From positions 496,001 to 560,000 of the forward strand of contig NMRA01000238.1 of NCBI GenBank assembly GCA_002633005.1: a DNA stretch of 64,000 nt, read 5' to 3'. The stretch is from Phoronis australis. Lineage: Eukaryota; Animalia; Phoronida. Under the pieces are notes generated by a model. It worked only from the letters and a program-made list of their open reading frames with translations, was not told the origin of the DNA and made no database searches. Both the position numbers and the translations under genes were made by a program. Shown here in pieces: positions 25,201-40,200 of this stretch. Every line of letters begins with the position of its first letter. Position 1 is the stretch's first letter.

Positions 25201-28200
25201 TGACCTGATTAATTAGTATGGTAAACATTGTACAGTTTGGGACCAGTCTATAGAATTTGGAACAGCAAAATTTTAAGCTGAAACTGATTTTCTTGATTCT
25301 GAATATTGAAAACAGGCAATTTTTGTTTGAAAAGTACGGATGAGTCATTCTTTTACCATTGACCCTAACTAACTCACAAATGACATATTTTGCCAAGCCA
25401 ATTTTATGATGAGTTTGCTTAAAAAAATCTGAAAAATCAGGTCAGCTACTGATACTTCATCTTGTCCAAATACATGCATCTGTCATGAAACATCATTTCT
25501 GTGTAAAGAAGTTTAAAGTGCCCTTGAGCTCCTTAGATTAATTTTGTGATAATCTGTTTCCTGGACAACGAGCTGGTATTGCAAATATCAGCTACTTTTT
25601 TTAGTTTTATTATGTCTAGATAGATCTTGGGGCTGTTGTTTAGTGAAATGTGTTGACTGATAATATGTCCCAAAGTGGTGTTTAAGTGGAAATAAAATGC
25701 CAGAATTATGTAGTAAATTATACTAAGGTCATCCGTCCTAAGAGGAGATACTGTACTTTATCCCATACGCGTTGAATCTGTTGAGGGAAATACGGCCATG
25801 TAATAAAGTTTTCCGTATTCACCTACCGCGCTACTTCAACAGTGACCAATGACGTGGAAAGTTCAAAATGTAGGTCAATGTCGACTCGACGTCTTCAGCC
25901 GGTTCGATACTCAATCTTTCTGAATATAGTTTAAAGTAATACAGTTGCAGCAGTGTAACTAACACTCGACATGCAACCAGGCCCTAAACGTAAAATCTGG
26001 AACAAAACTGTTAATTGTAAGACACTTATGTCTCAGTTTTCAATTGCTGAATACTATATCGTCTGCAACTCAGGCGCCGATTCCTAGGAAACTAAAATAT
26101 CAAATATTGTTGTTTTTTAAGTAGTTCCAGGAGATGTTACAAGTTCACTGCACAGATGCCGTTGTTTTCATCTTTGTAACCTCTTTTCAAGAAATAAATC
26201 GTTACTTTTAAAACTGTTTCCTTTACAAGAGTAAACTTGCAACCTAACGCGCAAGTACATACATATAGGATGTGATCCGCCATGTGAACAGTCTGGGTGA
26301 AGTATTTGAAAAATCTGCCGAAAAAATATAAGAAACTTGGGAATTCGAAGCGCATGGGATAAATACAAAACGTACCTCGATTGGCGTACATGAAGTAACA
26401 TCCCACGAGACATTATTCCGCATATCGAACTCTACTTTCGGTCTCGGTCGATATGCAGAATAAGGTCAAGTGGGATATTACTTCATGTACGCCACTCTCG
26501 GTTCCTTTTTGTTTATATATTTTTGGCGAGGGTGTAGCTGAAAAATTCAGTGAAAAGCAAGACCCATAAAATTTCATCCTTTTGTAAGTTATAATGCCAG
26601 AAACACCACCCCTTTGAAAGCCAGGGTTAATTCCTTAAATCTAAAAGGATCAGAAGATTGGTAACACCGACGCTTCGATTAATGGGAACACTTAACTTCG
26701 GTCTATACTCTCGAATTGAAGTTAACAGCACCAGTTAAGTCTGGAATAACGAGGTGGATTTAACATCAAAGTGTTGATGAATCGCAACAATCGGAATACT
26801 GAACTTCGATGCCGTCAGAGTTATCAGCAGGGGTTGCTGTGTTTGGCTGACACCGGCGGTGACTGGTTAATATTTGTTAGTATGTTGTTCTAATACTTAT
26901 TATTTTGGCACTACATGCAGTCTGTTTCATTTTATGCAGGTCTTTGATGGATTGTTTACATTTACAAAATGTAAGTGTAATCAAAGCGAGTTCATGCCAT
27001 GTGCATACCGCCTTTGTTGGGATCAGCCATTATTAGCCTAATCACGAGTAAAGTATTTTTAACGTAATCTTCTAGTACATCCTCATCATCCCAACACTGC
27101 AACCGTTGGCTGCCTTGTAAAGCAGACATTGTAGTTTCCTTTTGGGGAGAGGTCCTTGCTATTTTAGATGGTAAGGACAGAAAACTGCAGGCAAATGACC
27201 AAAGGCACCACCTTGTGATAACTTCGGTTGACTCAGAAGCTGATGGGAACACTAAAGCTTAACTTTGCGGTTAACCACAGTTAACATTAAAGCTATGATA
27301 GCAGCAGAGTTAACTGTGTTGGAAAGGGCTTGTAAGCTTCCTTTGACTGCTGACTCATAAGTCAGAAATACTTTGTCAAAACTAAGTGCATATTCTGCAG
27401 CCAAAAATTGAAAAATATAGATGAGGTTAAAAAGTGGTTGTGGATTTGTGTAGTTGAAAAAGAAACATTTTGCAGAGTGCGAGCTCCCTAAGGCAACCCT
27501 TTTGCTGTAAATTTTGTTGAAATGAAAGTCTTTTGTAATGAAATTTCCATCAGCTACACATGCCGCATGGGAGTACCCTTGTTATCTTACTGTAGGCCGG
27601 AACTACATAAGGTGTGTAGAGCTGCAGGTGCATATTATCATTTGGATCCTTTTACTATCCCAGTTGTGCTTTCAGTTATTAGGAACATATGTTGAACAAG
27701 GTCAGTTGATACCTTTGGATCTAGGATGTCGTACTGATCGTCCCACTTGAACCATCTTAGGCAAAAATGTCGCGTAAGCCCTAAAACGATATACAATTTT
27801 GGCTTTTGTCTTATTCATGGGTGACGTGCAACCTGGGCTTGCTCTTAATGTGCTCGTGGACGGGAACAGTTATAACATCACTTTTTTCAAGAATTTCTGT
27901 TTTTTGTTTGAAAGTGTTTTTCTGTTTGATCTGTGCTGGTTTCAAGTGATTAGGCTTTAGTCACTTAGTGCTCTATAGTGATAACCCAGTGACATCAGCT
28001 GTGTGGAGTACAGTGCTCTATAGTGATAACCTCTTTGAAATCAGCTGTGTGGAGTAGGTGATGATGGAGATTTTGTGGGACCCCCTGCAGCTCACCGATG
28101 ATGGGTTTGGTGATTTGAAGCAGTGAGATTTTTGCTAAAGTATTGAGAGGAATATCCAAGTTATTTGCTTACAATTCAGGATTGGCAGTCATCTCTCATG

Positions 28201-31200
28201 ACATGCTTCCATATACTCAATAACAGTGTTCTTTTCTTCAGGACATAATTTAGATCTCATGATCTGTATGATTTCTTAGTATAATGCGGGACCCTAAAAG
28301 CATTCAATTTTTGCCAACTTCAGAACATCATATCTCAGAAATGACTGGTCGGATTCAAACAAAAGTTTCAGGTACTACGCTTTGTGCACTGTTCTTTAAA
28401 ATGCTATAAGGAATATTCCACTTTTTCATGAGGGGCTATCAAAAGTAAGACTTTTATGACTTTTGTGAAGAAAAATTCAACAAAATAATAATTTAGAAAA
28501 CTGTACCAAGTGTTTTATATGATGCAAAAATTTTTAGTGATCCTGTTGATTTGCTATGAATGTACTTCTCTTTCTTACTAAATTTTACTAAAAAGATTTG
28601 GTCCTATGTCCTTGGGAAAGTACCTTATATGTTTTCTGAAAGTAGAAATTTTGTAGATTACAATTTTTGACTTTGTACTGGTCTGTCATTAGTATGGTCT
28701 GTTTTTATCAAGCTGTTTTCAGACAGCTGTTAGATATGCTGGTGTACTTCAAGATACGCTGCTGTCCTTCAAGATATGCAGTCCATTAATAAATCACCTT
28801 AATGAGAACCCATGGCCTTTTGTAGGCAGCTTTCTGCAGCATGCACTTTTGAGAAAAATCAATAGTCATGTGTTCTGAATGTAGATGAAATTAACGAAAG
28901 TATTAAGAGACTCGGTGAATTGTACGTCTTAGCAAAAAGGTAAGTAGTATCAGCACGTTAAATGAAACTTGTACGCCAAGTAACTAGCTAGAAACATCAT
29001 TTTGAGGTATCCATTCAATTTCATGTTTCACAAAAGCTTAAACTTTATTACTCTCCAGGAAAAAGAGCATTTCAACAGACAGGATTGATCACTTTTCTTG
29101 ATACGGACAAAATTTGATTTTATATGTCATTTTGATGTTGTTAAATAGAATTGTACATCATATTGTCTGTCTTTCCTGCTCTCGTTGTTGGTAACTATCA
29201 TCGTGACTAAACTGTCTTTTCTTCTGTTGCAGGTTCGGAATCCCCCCATTCGCCTTCAGTTACCCAACCCCGTATCAAGTTCCCCAAACACAGATTCACG
29301 CCCATAGATGACAAATTCCAAGAGATCGCCAACAACATCATCCGTCGTCAGTCGGCAATGAATTCCTGGACAACACGGGAAGATGAAGTGGGGGGCGAGA
29401 CAGCCCCCTACGAGATGCCAATATACCCCATTGAGGAGATTGATAGGAAGACGAAAATTGTCCGGCAGATGAGTAAAAAGTAGGTATTGCTTCAAAAGCC
29501 AGAATTTTTGTCAGAAGTTTTCTGCCAGAGAATTGTTTAATGATAGCATAGCAGGAGACTTTCAATTCATATTCTATTTTACTGATGACTGCTAGAAAGG
29601 GCATTTATTAGGTCATTTTTAACCGATACAAGTAAACAACCAACCTAATGAATCTATAGCTGAGGTTGTTCCTTCAAAATGATTTGTTGAACTTTTTTAA
29701 AATGCCACAGTAAACTGTATTAAATGTTAAACGCCATCAAAATTATATAGCTACTGTTTGAATTAACCCTTTAATCACCATTTTCTAATTGAAGGCCTCT
29801 GCATAACCACACAGAGTAAGTTATTCGTTGTCTGTTTAAATAATGAAGAATAAACAAGTCTGCCTAGTCAGTAGTGCATGGGGAATGTTAACCACTGTCT
29901 GTGCTGCTGTCAGCTGCTGTCTAGTGCCATACTGCTCTCTATTGGTTTAGTATCCAAACCCATATCTGGAAAAATGTCAAAGGGAAATGATAATGGACTC
30001 TTCACAGATTTGTGTAGATGAAGGCATGTTCTGTATGAATTAAACTATCATGCTTGTGTAGCTGAATTAAGGTCCGATATCAATTAAACTGACCAAGTGC
30101 ATCGCTTAGAATGTTTTCTTTGATAACGACAAGCCCATCAACCGCAAGTGGCATTGGTTTAGGAAGGTGGAGTGAATTGTCTTGTTGGGGTCTAGTGCTG
30201 CTGATTCAATTTCTGTCCACTGTGTCCACTTTGCACTGGAGGCTCTCCTTCGTGGGGCATCATTTAGTGACATATCGTAACTGACCATCTGGACACTACA
30301 GCTTTGTGGGTGCTGTCCGTGGGGCACTGGAGGACGCTAGTCGCTATTGGAATGACTGAGACAGGTGGCGGATTTAGTTGAGACCTTGGGAAATGGGTGC
30401 TCTTTGTTTGTATTAATAGATACGTTTACAAGTCTTTTTTAAGGAGTTGATTTATCCACATTATTTTGAAAACGCTTTGCCCAGTCACACATTGTGTGTC
30501 ATAAAAGAGATAAGCATACCTGCAGCTGACGTAGCAAGTAGAACTACTCTCGTTTGTCACATTGGCGTAGACTCACAGTTGAACTGTGGTTTTCTGTTGA
30601 CCCCAGACCGTCCGGAGTTGCACCATATACCAACTCTGGACAGTCTCTCGCTACGATTTAGCGTTATGTAGTGAAATGCAAACAGCTTTTAAAATGTTCT
30701 TGTGAAATAAGGAATCACAAAATACTCTTATCACCATACAACACTTATCTGTTGACAGGAAAGTGGATATTTAATCGGTTGTTTTATCTTTTTAAAATGA
30801 TCGCACATGTCCTGTTTATTGAGTTGGTTCTCATTTGACAAACTGCGTTAAATGTACTATGCACTATATAGTTTTGATGTTGCATACTGTAGTTCGATGT
30901 CAATGTGTTTGTTTATGTTGCGTAGCAACTGACAATATATTTTTTGTGACAAGCAGACCAGCACTTTCTGTACAGTAGTTAGCGCCTCTGGTGATAAGAC
31001 TGTGTCCATGCACATTACATCATCATTGAGGGTACTTTTTCCATGTAGACTTTGATTTTATAAAATGAATGAAGATTTTGTTTGACATATGGTCAAATTA
31101 TCTACTAATGGTGATTTTTACGATTTGCGTGTTACGGGAGTACACGCTCGTCAATGCGAAAAGAAAATGTAAAATATGGAGCAGATATTCGCCGTTTTTT

Positions 31201-34200
31201 TTCTTTCGTTGTCATACCTGTTGACAACCTCATGTTCGGCTGTTCACCCGGTATTCCCCACGATCCGTTTTGCAAACTCACACATCATAATCATCAATGC
31301 AAGGCACCCCTACCAGGGTATAGGCCACGAATCAGAGATTTCCATTTTGTTCTGTCCTGGGCGATTCCTTCTAGCTGTCTCCACGAGTATCCTAACCCCT
31401 CCATGTCGTCGGTGATGCATCTTCTCCAGGTCATTCGTGGTCTGCCTCCCTCTGAATAATTACCATTTATGCATAGGGTTAAATGGCAGTGAAGCTCCCA
31501 CGAGTCTGGGTGCTTACCCGCTGATCCACAGAGTAGTCGACCTGGTCACCCTTGCTCTTTGAAATTGAAGTGCGCAGACTAAAAGTTCAGTGGATTTCCC
31601 AATACCGTAAGGCAAGTTGCTGACAATAAAGCTAAAGCTTCCCTGTCTAACCAACATGTGTATTCAAGTATCTAAGTACGCAATGTGAAATTGAGAGAAA
31701 ATATATGATGAAATTTTCCATGACTCACCTGCTATACCAATGTCATCAAAGCCCATAGTTGAAGATGCAAATAACACAAGTCTAAGCACAAAATCCCGCA
31801 GGACAACGTGGGTTTCTTACTAACGTGATTTTGTAAATGTATTCACCAAGAACTAATCTAAGGTTAACGGAACCGTTGTTGGCGAAATCTACTGTGCTTA
31901 ATCGGCGTTTTTGATCGGCATTTGGCGATTCGCTGCAGTATCTTATCGCTATTTTGGCATTTACTGTCACCATTGATGATGAAAAATGGGACTGTTCGAG
32001 CCCTGTATACAGCTTATTGTTCAATGCGACTTGCCTTTGGTGACTAAAACAAGAACTTCGGTTTTAACAGTTGAAACTCTTAGTGTGAACAATAGCAGTT
32101 AATTATAACTGGGGAAAACTTAATAATAAACTGAATAAGATTTACCTTATTCGCCCTAATAAGTGCCCCTGCCCCTATAAGCGCCCCCCACACGTTTTCA
32201 GACTTTGCTAAAATAAGTGCCCAGTCCACGAACGCTGTGTACATGCGAAAAATGCCTTACCTACAGTTCTAAAATTCTATAGTAACATCTTCAATTTATC
32301 ACTAAGATCTGACAATCCTGAAAAAATCATTGTGCACGGAATTTGTAGACCACGAGCCTAGCTGCTATGTCGGTCTTTAGCCGTGACTATACACTTCAAC
32401 CTTTTGCCATGCTTCAAAAAGAACACAAGCACGAATCGAAGACTAATAAAAACTTGACCTTTGTTCAGTTAAAAGCACGTGGCCAGGAAGCACGTGCTAC
32501 ATTCAAGTACCTGTGATCGAAGATTAGTCTTCGGGAACTATCTATTCATGAAACGAGTAGCATAGCATTGGCCAGAAATAAGTACTGGCACTTATTTCCG
32601 AAAGTTGCTAATACCGTAACAAACGTTTGCGTTATTTTTAGGGGGGAATTATTAAATTAGTCGTAATTGGTGGTTTTTTAAGTCAAAATGACCCACTGAC
32701 AGTGAACACTTCTGCACCCTTACACACCCCCGAATCTCCTGAAAAATAACTGTTAGACTGTCACACATCCAGTCATCCGGTGACTCAATGACATCGTCTT
32801 ATCAAGACAATTCTTGAACGTTTTTTAGCAGATGACATCAACGAGTGCTATATAAAACACGTTCTGCTTTACTGCTTGTGTTAATTTCCTTAGTTACAAT
32901 GCACACCTAGATGGTTAAGTCGCGTTTATTCTGGCAAATCAACTCTGATGACACGCACACGCTCGCTCACTCACACAATACGAAAACAAACTTCAAAACA
33001 AACATCACGTGACAACAACGCGTGTTTGTCCAGAGATTTTTCTCGTGTTGCGGAGTACGATCTAGCACAGATTTGGACTTAATATGCAGTTAATATCAAC
33101 TCCACAGGAACTTAAAAATGTTAGGGACGCTATTTTGAAAACTTAAGGAGGACGTCAGGTAATTTGTTGAGTCAAAACTATATTTTTACTCAAGAATTCA
33201 AGTTGACCTATCGGCGATCGCTAGGCAGCGACGCATCAGTCAGCGAGTTTTCGCACTGGGATGTTCTGAAAAATGCTTGTAATTTAACAACAAAGTTTGA
33301 TAACAATGCACAGCAATTTTGTAGAAACTCTGTCATAGGTTACAAATGCGTCACAGAGCGTAAATTTGATGAATTCTAGCTTATGATTACACCTGTTTCG
33401 GAGACCGGGTTTCAACCACTTTTGGGCTATAATAAGCGCGCCCCTCCTGAAGCGAATTTTTTAAGCGCCCTGACCGCCTAGTAGGGCAAATGCGGTAGTT
33501 GGTGTTTTTACTGTATTAGTCAATCTTCCTTCCTGTTTTCTGATCTCAGCGTTGCCTCAGCCCTGCACAGAAGGTAGGAGTGTTTGGTTGGAAGTTGTGT
33601 TAGGTTCGCCTAAGAAGAGACTGTTCACACCAAAGCAGTTACAAATTTTAAACGCTGTTTAAAAGTTGTAACTCTAGTGTGAACAGTTTAAAACTGATTG
33701 TTGAAATTTTGATTATTGGGTAGCTAAGCAAGTGGTTATAAAGGATAATTCAATGCTATTGACCAATAGCGACAAAACTAGGAACCTGGGTTGTAACAAC
33801 TACAAGTCTTTGTGAGTGGTACAACTTAAAAAGTTTTAAATACAGCAAAGAAATAACTTGGTTTAGTTGGTGTGAATGCAGCTTAAGTTCAGACTGATGT
33901 TGTTTCATGGACTACGGAAAAATTTCATCAGTTTTGGACGCAATGTGGCAGAAATAAATCCTCATTTTCAAGCTCTACCATAGCTACTGTGTTTTGAGAA
34001 TCTGTAGGCATTCACTACAATGTTTGAAGCCTTTATAAAATGAACATTTTTCGTTATTCAATTTTTGTGAGAAGTTGGTGAGATATTACGATAACAAACT
34101 TACAATGATGGTACCACAGGCTTTCTTGTTCGGTCTGCTTTGTATGTGTACCCAATGTGACATTCCTAGAAACCTTGTGGTCAAAATTTTAAGTTGGCCT

Positions 34201-37200
34201 TGTTCACTGGCCAACTAAACTGTGTTTTATTCCTGTGGTAAATTGTTAATGTTCAGTTTGTTTCAATTATGCCTGTAACATTTTTGGTGCTTCTGTTAGC
34301 TATAATTTTACCCTAATTTTTGTTTTGTTTTGCTTTTGTACTCAATCCATCTTAAGTGCGTTGGGAAATTAGTTGAGCTCTGTTGTCACCAATCATGTAG
34401 TTGGGCCATTGTCAACATCAAAATTAGATATGGAATCTTGTAACGGGACTGGAGATTTGTGGGGGCCATATCATCAACACTAATGCACAGCTCCACACTC
34501 TTGACAGAGATAAGACACTTTGCCCAGGAGTACTGTGACTTTCAGCTGATTGAGTACTGGAAGGTGTTAATCCTGGGTTGCTCCACTGTCCCGATTCAAA
34601 GTTCCTTCCTGTTAGTTATCAGCAGTTTAGCTGATACACTGTCTTTTACTATAATGCTGGCTCTATTTCACTTTGACTATACAGTTATCCTGATTGTTGC
34701 CTTAAACCTCAGCTAAATGAAATTGATATTGCTATAGCAACCGAGGTGTTTCCAAGGCAATTTAGTGGAATAAAAAATAATGGATTTTGTCTAACTATTT
34801 ATTGGTTGCAATGTTTCATCATTTTGTGATAGCTGGTTAGAATCATTTTGTTGAATTATCAAAAGTGTAGATATTTGGAACAAATTTTCCTTGTGGTGTT
34901 TTCAATCATTGATGAGGGGTAATATTTGTTAAGTTGCAATTGAGAGAGAAGTTGAGAGATATTTTCTAAAATACTTCAATGTCATGTGGAGTCCTTGCTT
35001 TGTTAGACATGGTGGTTAGATGACTCAAGTCTAGACAATACTTGGACATGTACTCGGGACATGACTTTCATGGTGTTTTCACACAGATCTGAGTTACTAA
35101 CTTGTATCAAAAGTTGTTTTGAGATATTTAGAGAGTACCATGCTAGTTATGGATTAAAACTTTCTTAATCTCTACTTTTGTGTAGACATTTGACAAAATA
35201 GAATTTTTCTTATGTGAACAATTATGTGAGTGGTAACTTTTGGTTGAGTTTACATTATGTGCAGCAAGGAAATCAGATGTTAAGTATAAAAATGACAATA
35301 TTTGCAATTATTTTTGTGCAAAATAAGTGAAGAATTGCTGCAGGTGATTAAGCCCATGTGTATACCTCTGATGACTACAAACTCCCTTATGCTCTTAATT
35401 ATTGCTAATTGTGCCTGTTGTGCCGTTATTTATTTAACCAAGAAAGTTTGCTGGAGGTATTCATGTGTCACATTTGTTTCTTTGTCGTCTTAAACACCCT
35501 TCACAATTAGGATTTCTTTAACTTATGTAAGCTGGTAATTGTGCTTGCCCCTGTTGGCTGCCATTATTTCTGACTGCTATTGATCTTGGTAATTAGCACC
35601 ATAGTGTGCTAAGAAGTAATTACAAACTTGCCTACTGATACACTCACAAGTGCTGGAGTGGTTTCTTGTAAAGGAGTGTACACTACTTGTGTTGTGATGT
35701 ACAGCCAACCATCTCTATCCATGTACTATAAGCTGTGCTTCTCCAACAACAGGTTAACCCGAAACTCTCAAAGCGAGTCAGGCGGCCTGGAGGTCCCAGA
35801 GTTCATTTGTCCTCAACCCCCATCGCCAGTCAAATCACCAGGGCAGTGTGAGGCCACCGATAATGTACTGACTTCCTTCCAGAGGGTTTCAATCAGCGGA
35901 GAAGATCATAGTGGGGTAAGCGTTATTAGTTGTCTGTTCTCATGTATTTTATGAAAGCATTTTCAATCAATTCAATAGTGAAATTCATTTTTTGTTATGA
36001 TAACAGTTACCATTTTAAGAACTGACTGCACAAGCTAGTTGTTGAATTCAAGTTGTGCTTCATTATAGTAGTCTCTTGCCAATTTTACGGCGGACACACA
36101 ATGAATTTTGTTTTCTCATTTTCCCTAAGAAAGTATTTCCGAATTAATGGTTTACTGTTTTTAACCTCTATATTACAACTACCAGGAAACAGCATCTTGA
36201 AAATAATGTGGACATTCCTATTAATTTAAGAACCTCCTGAATATTGAAAATGGGACATATTTCAAATTTGTTTTGTCAGAAATTGGTGATATTTCATAAT
36301 AGGCATAGACAGATGTGAAAGGAGTGACGAGTTAGTGCAAACTTTTTTCCGAAGACGTCAGTTTTAAAGAACACTTGCCTTTAAATGTTAGAAGGAGGTG
36401 ATATCCCTAACGTAATTTATAATGTATGGTGACTGTTATTGGACGAAAATAAAGATTTCCTAATGAGTAGTTATTAGTTATATTCAATCTGTAAAATGAC
36501 TTGGAGTTTCAAGAACATTTCATTTCAGTTTGTATTTGATATGTCATTTCAATCACAGTCTTGTTCATATCTAACTCTTCACTACCACGTTATCTAACTC
36601 CTTCACTACCATGGTATCTAACTCCTTCACTACCATGGTATCTAACTCCTTCATTACCATGGTATACAAGTTTTTCAATGTCATGGTATCTAACTCCTTC
36701 ATTACCACGGTATCTAACTCCTTCACTACCATCTAACTCCTTTACTATCATGGGTGGGTGTATTCAGAGATCTTAGATGCTGAAACAAATAAAACAAGAA
36801 ACATTTTTTTCATACGTCAACTTTTTCTGAGTAATACAATAACATATGCCTGTTGCTAGTCTTGACTTTCCCCTGTATCGTATAGTATGTGTGTTCGTGG
36901 AAATTAGGAAAAGTCTGAATGAATTTTTCTTGTTTTCAATTGCATATTCATGCCATTCAGGTACCTTATGAAGATCTGAAGGAAGCGGCAGAAAGCCTGG
37001 TGAAAGCCTTGATGTTACGAGAGAAGTACATGTCTATAGCACTCCAGTCGTTTGAGAAGATCACGTCCAGGTTTCTGCAATCTGTCGAAAACGGGAAACC
37101 AGTAGCTGCTGAATTTGAAATTCGTGAGAAGAAAAGCACTCTGGGTAATTTTAGCAGCTTCGATTTTGTCTTTTATTCTTTTATTTCCATTTAGCCTTTT

Positions 37201-40200
37201 TTAGTTTTCAATAAACAGGTTTTGCTTTAAGCTCTAAGTTTCAGTGTTGTGGATCGACATGTTGTTTTTATTTTTTATTTTTTTCTAATTTAGAACATTT
37301 TCTCAAACTATTATGTGTCTCTTTTAAGTGATGCAGTATGTTGAATTTTTCATCTGTAAAAATTATTTATTTAATGGGTAATAAACCAGTTTAAATTAAT
37401 TCATTTAATTTTTTAAGGATAGGCACTTGATTATGATCACAATGTGTTCTTTATTGTAAAATTTGTTGTCAGATTGCTGGATGGACTTTCAGCAGAATGT
37501 TGGGGCTGAGCTGACATGCTGCTGCACTTGAAACTGTGGTCTACTTGGTTGTCATAGTAACTCGCTTTGGTTTTAGGTCGCAGTGGTGTCTTGTATTATG
37601 ATTATAAAGGTATTGTTTTCAGTCTAACACCGTGTGTGGTCTCCAGTAAATTAGAGCTACAATTACCTTTAATTTCTTGGGGATTATTGACTATAATAAA
37701 CATAGTTCTGTTTCCTGAGCATGTTCAGGAATTCAAAACCGTGATTTTTAAAAAGTGTATTCAAGATTAGCATTTTGGCTTTTTTGGTGAATTGATTCTT
37801 AAGCCATTCCAAAAACACTTCTAGGCTTAAAAGTCAAGGACATTTTACAAATTCCAAATTTTTTTTTCAAGTAATTTCTTATTATAAACAAGTGTAAATT
37901 ACTTTTATTAAAGTATGTTTTTCAATGTTACTGGCTATGCCTTTGCAGATTTCTGTCGATCGTGTAAGTCTAGTAAGGGCTGACTGAACTGACCCTATTG
38001 GAGACTGCAAGCTGAAGTGTTCACGAGACAGGTGAACTGTAGTGTTATGGCAACCAGCAGAGAATATATTTATATATTCCATAAAAATAAATGTGGAGTA
38101 AAAAGATCTGTAAATACAAGTTTCAGTTGATAAAATGCAGAACTTAACTGTCACCAAAACGGAAAAAAGGATATGATTGCCATTGACAATGAAACCTCCA
38201 TTTCACTGACTTTTTCATCCTTAACATCTATATGTCTTAATATACATGATTACAAAAAGTATAGTTTGTCTTTGCTTACTATTGTCCAACTATGTCACAG
38301 AATGCGTGGTTTATAATGTTCTGTTCCACTAGTCCCAAGCGAACTGTTTTGATTGCAGTTCCAGTCTTACAATTTTGAGAAGCTAATGCCAGAAGAAATG
38401 GGAGAAAATGTTTTAAAACAATTATTAGTTTACCTTGTTGCACACAAAACAAATTCCTCCTCCCTCAAAAATTGTAATAGTACTGGTTTTCAAATGCCAT
38501 TGACACTTAGTTCAACTGTCAAGTGTGCTGTGTGTGAATAAATTGTACAACACCACGTTGGTCCATGGTGTCTTGTGTTCATTGTGCTCCCTAACCAATC
38601 AGATGCTTTCTAAGGTTGAGCGTGTATCTGTGATTGGTTTTTGAGAGCCAGCTTACGACTCGTTGTTTTTAGATGAACCCTAACTAATCAGATGCTTGTA
38701 AGTGCTCAGTGCTAACCTTTGGTTGGCTGTGAGCGGAATTGTAACCAAACCAATGATGACAAGGCTCGGTGCTAACCTACGGTTGGTTCTTGTGAGCTGA
38801 GCCCTAAGCAATCCAATGATTGCAACCGCTCAATGTTAACCTGTGGTTGGTTGTTGGGACCTGAGCCCTTACTAGTCAGGTGTTAGCTAGGGCCCAGTGC
38901 TGACCTGTGGTTAACTGTAAGAGTTGGACTCTAGCCAGTTAGTGCTGTCTAGAGTTCTGGTTAAACCTGTGACTTGTGGGTCAGGAACTGAGCCCTAACC
39001 ACTTGCTTGCTAGGACTGTGCTGTCTGTCTGCGCACTTGAATTGTTTGGACATGTAACAACCATCTATTATAGAAGTTTGTTTTGAATCTGTATTAATCT
39101 CCAACTTAAAGCTATGGTTAAATACAACTTATAATCTCTGAAGTCCTTAAAAACTCAGTGTAGAGTTTAAGCAAATTTTATTAGAACAAAAATTCACTAA
39201 AGCATAATTTGTGCCACCAAGCATTTGTAGTAGATTTTGCATGTCGTTTAAAATTCAACAGCAGCATGCGAAGACTACACAAAACAATACCCAGTTATGC
39301 ATTCCAAACCATAATGTTTTTGCCTGACGTTCATATATCCTTGCTACTGGTCTTTGGGCAGAACATCTTCATTGTTTTGAGTGTTAGACTCTCGTGTGCT
39401 TTGTTATTAAGTATTTTATTGCCAAAACAATTAAAGAATGCCCTACCCATGTATTTGTTTATTAAAATCACAATATTTAGTTGACTGCATTCTTTCAATT
39501 AAAGTGTTGTTCTAGTGCCCTGAGACCCAGATATGTATTAAACATTCACACAAATATAATATTAGGTTGCCAATTTATGAATAGAAACAAGATAATCTAT
39601 GCAATCTATAAAGAGTAGAGGTGTGTCGTAGATGATGACTTCTTGAAATCAGTGTGCGCTTGAAGCAAAATCTGCCTGGAGCACCTGCTATCTTTGTATC
39701 ATTAGTGGTCTGAAATAGAATTGATGATTTCAGGTGATGGCGTTTTTGTCGTAATATCAAGTTGTCAAGTTTTTCTACTGCTCATTAATGTTTTGCATGT
39801 CAATTTGATTCAGTTCTGGGATACAATTAGCTTGCCTTTAAAGCTGTTACTACCCAATGTTCTGTTCAAGAAGTGAACTGTTGAGTTGGTAAAATTAGTC
39901 TCAACTTGCTCTTTTCTCTGAAGAAAGAATTGGCAGTTCCCTAATCCTTGACGTATGCTCAGCGCATAAAAGAACAAACAAACCAAACTGCTGTACCTGG
40001 TCTCGAACAATAAGGAGTCAAAGCCCTGAAGTCACCTCTAGTTTAACAAAGGAACAATTTGATACCAATTTAGTAATGCTAAGTTGTCTAAATCAAAAGT
40101 TTTTTGTAATGGAGCCTAGGTTTATAACTAATGATTAACTCTTTGGTTGCACCTTTGAATAAATACATTTATGCTGTCTGTCCTGCCTTTTGCATAATCA

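Noticed and set aside
28870-28945. Alternative coding first exon of AMPD (strong aag|gtaagt donor near exon 2)
   Set aside because: The frame needed to join exon 2 (phase 1) has a TAG just before the donor; it could only be non-coding, which cannot be shown from sequence alone.
19000-32000. Numerous 60-105 aa ORFs in AMPD introns 1-2
   Set aside because: No recognisable domains, many start at non-ATG codons, and lengths are as expected by chance.
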